This document shows positions 63,288 through 64,000 of a stretch of 64,000 nt of DNA, piece after piece. Each line of letters opens with the position of its first letter. The first letter of the stretch is position 1. Both the position numbers and the translations under genes were made by a program. The stretch lies in NCBI RefSeq assembly GCF_001194135.2, contig NC_068991.1:18021669-18085668 (forward strand), read 5' to 3'. The notes under the pieces are model-generated. The model was not told the DNA's origin, did no database searches, and saw nothing but the letters and a program-made list of their open reading frames with translations. This stretch comes from Octopus bimaculoides. Its lineage: Eukaryota.

Positions 63288-64000
63288 GTATGTCTGTGCG
63301 GTGATGGGGCTGTTAACACTACTAAAAAAAATGAAACAGAAAGAAAAAGAGATGCGAATTCTTATGCTGTATCCTTTAATATATTTATGTATCATTATGA
63401 TTATCCATCTCTAACTGTATCTGTATATTTTCGTGTTATAAATTTCGATTTTTTCTTTCATTTTATGGTTATGGATTGCTTCACGTTGCCTCCCATCCTA
63501 TCCATGTTTGATAAAACGAGTAACCAGTAACATTACTAGGTAACTCGTTTTTACGGTCTTAAATTCAACAAAAAAAGTGACAGTCCTAAATTCTTTTTTT
63601 AAGACTAAATTTTGAAATATCCGACTCTACACACAGATCTCTTTAAAAGATTGTACCAGTCAACCAGAAATAACATTATATTCGTAATTCGCTCCATACA
63701 TACTTTTGCGGAAGTTCTCGGCACCACCAATTTATGATCAAATCGTTCGCATTTATTTTAATGACAAATGCGAACAAGTAGAAAAAAAATGGTAATGGAT
63801 AGATTTTACAAAATTACATCCACTGCATTTCCATCGACGACCGTCGCAATGTAATTTATGTGAAATTTGTCTGGTAGACTCTCTACACTATTCACATGCA
63901 CAACTGTTATGAATGAAATGACTTTTGCACAACATCCAGTTCTAGAGCATGTACTAAATCAAAAACTGTCGGCGTACGGCAGCAATACCTAGTATCTCGT

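Overview
AT-rich animal genomic DNA, dense in microsatellites and SINEs, with four N gaps. The repeat families look like those of an octopod cephalopod (inference from recalled Octopus repeats, no search run). One complete 13-exon gene fills most of the window on the minus strand: an RPS6KC1 orthologue (PX domain, MIT domain, split pseudokinase). Its CDS is join(complement 62645-62749, 43170-43205, 28034-28151, 19666-19781, 18927-19156, 16567-17435, 14535-14656, 12959-13111, 11008-12698, 7198-7325, 5986-6068, 4290-4385, 2521-2646) = 3873 nt / 1290 aa. All junctions are GT-AG with matching phases. The last exon of a convergent + strand gene with a DxDxDGxDE motif lies at 109-243, and a possible first exon of a divergent gene at 63167-63287. 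Introns contain several tRNA-SINE families, RTE- and HERO-like LINE fragments, mariner and maT relics, TTAA piggyBac-type MITEs and a Helitron-like fragment. The most striking unannotated signal is a set of at least eight type-I hammerhead-ribozyme-like motifs from about five sequence families of Penelope-like type. Several are in sense orientation in introns or a probable 3' UTR, and several sit in the arms of long near-perfect fold-back palindromes.
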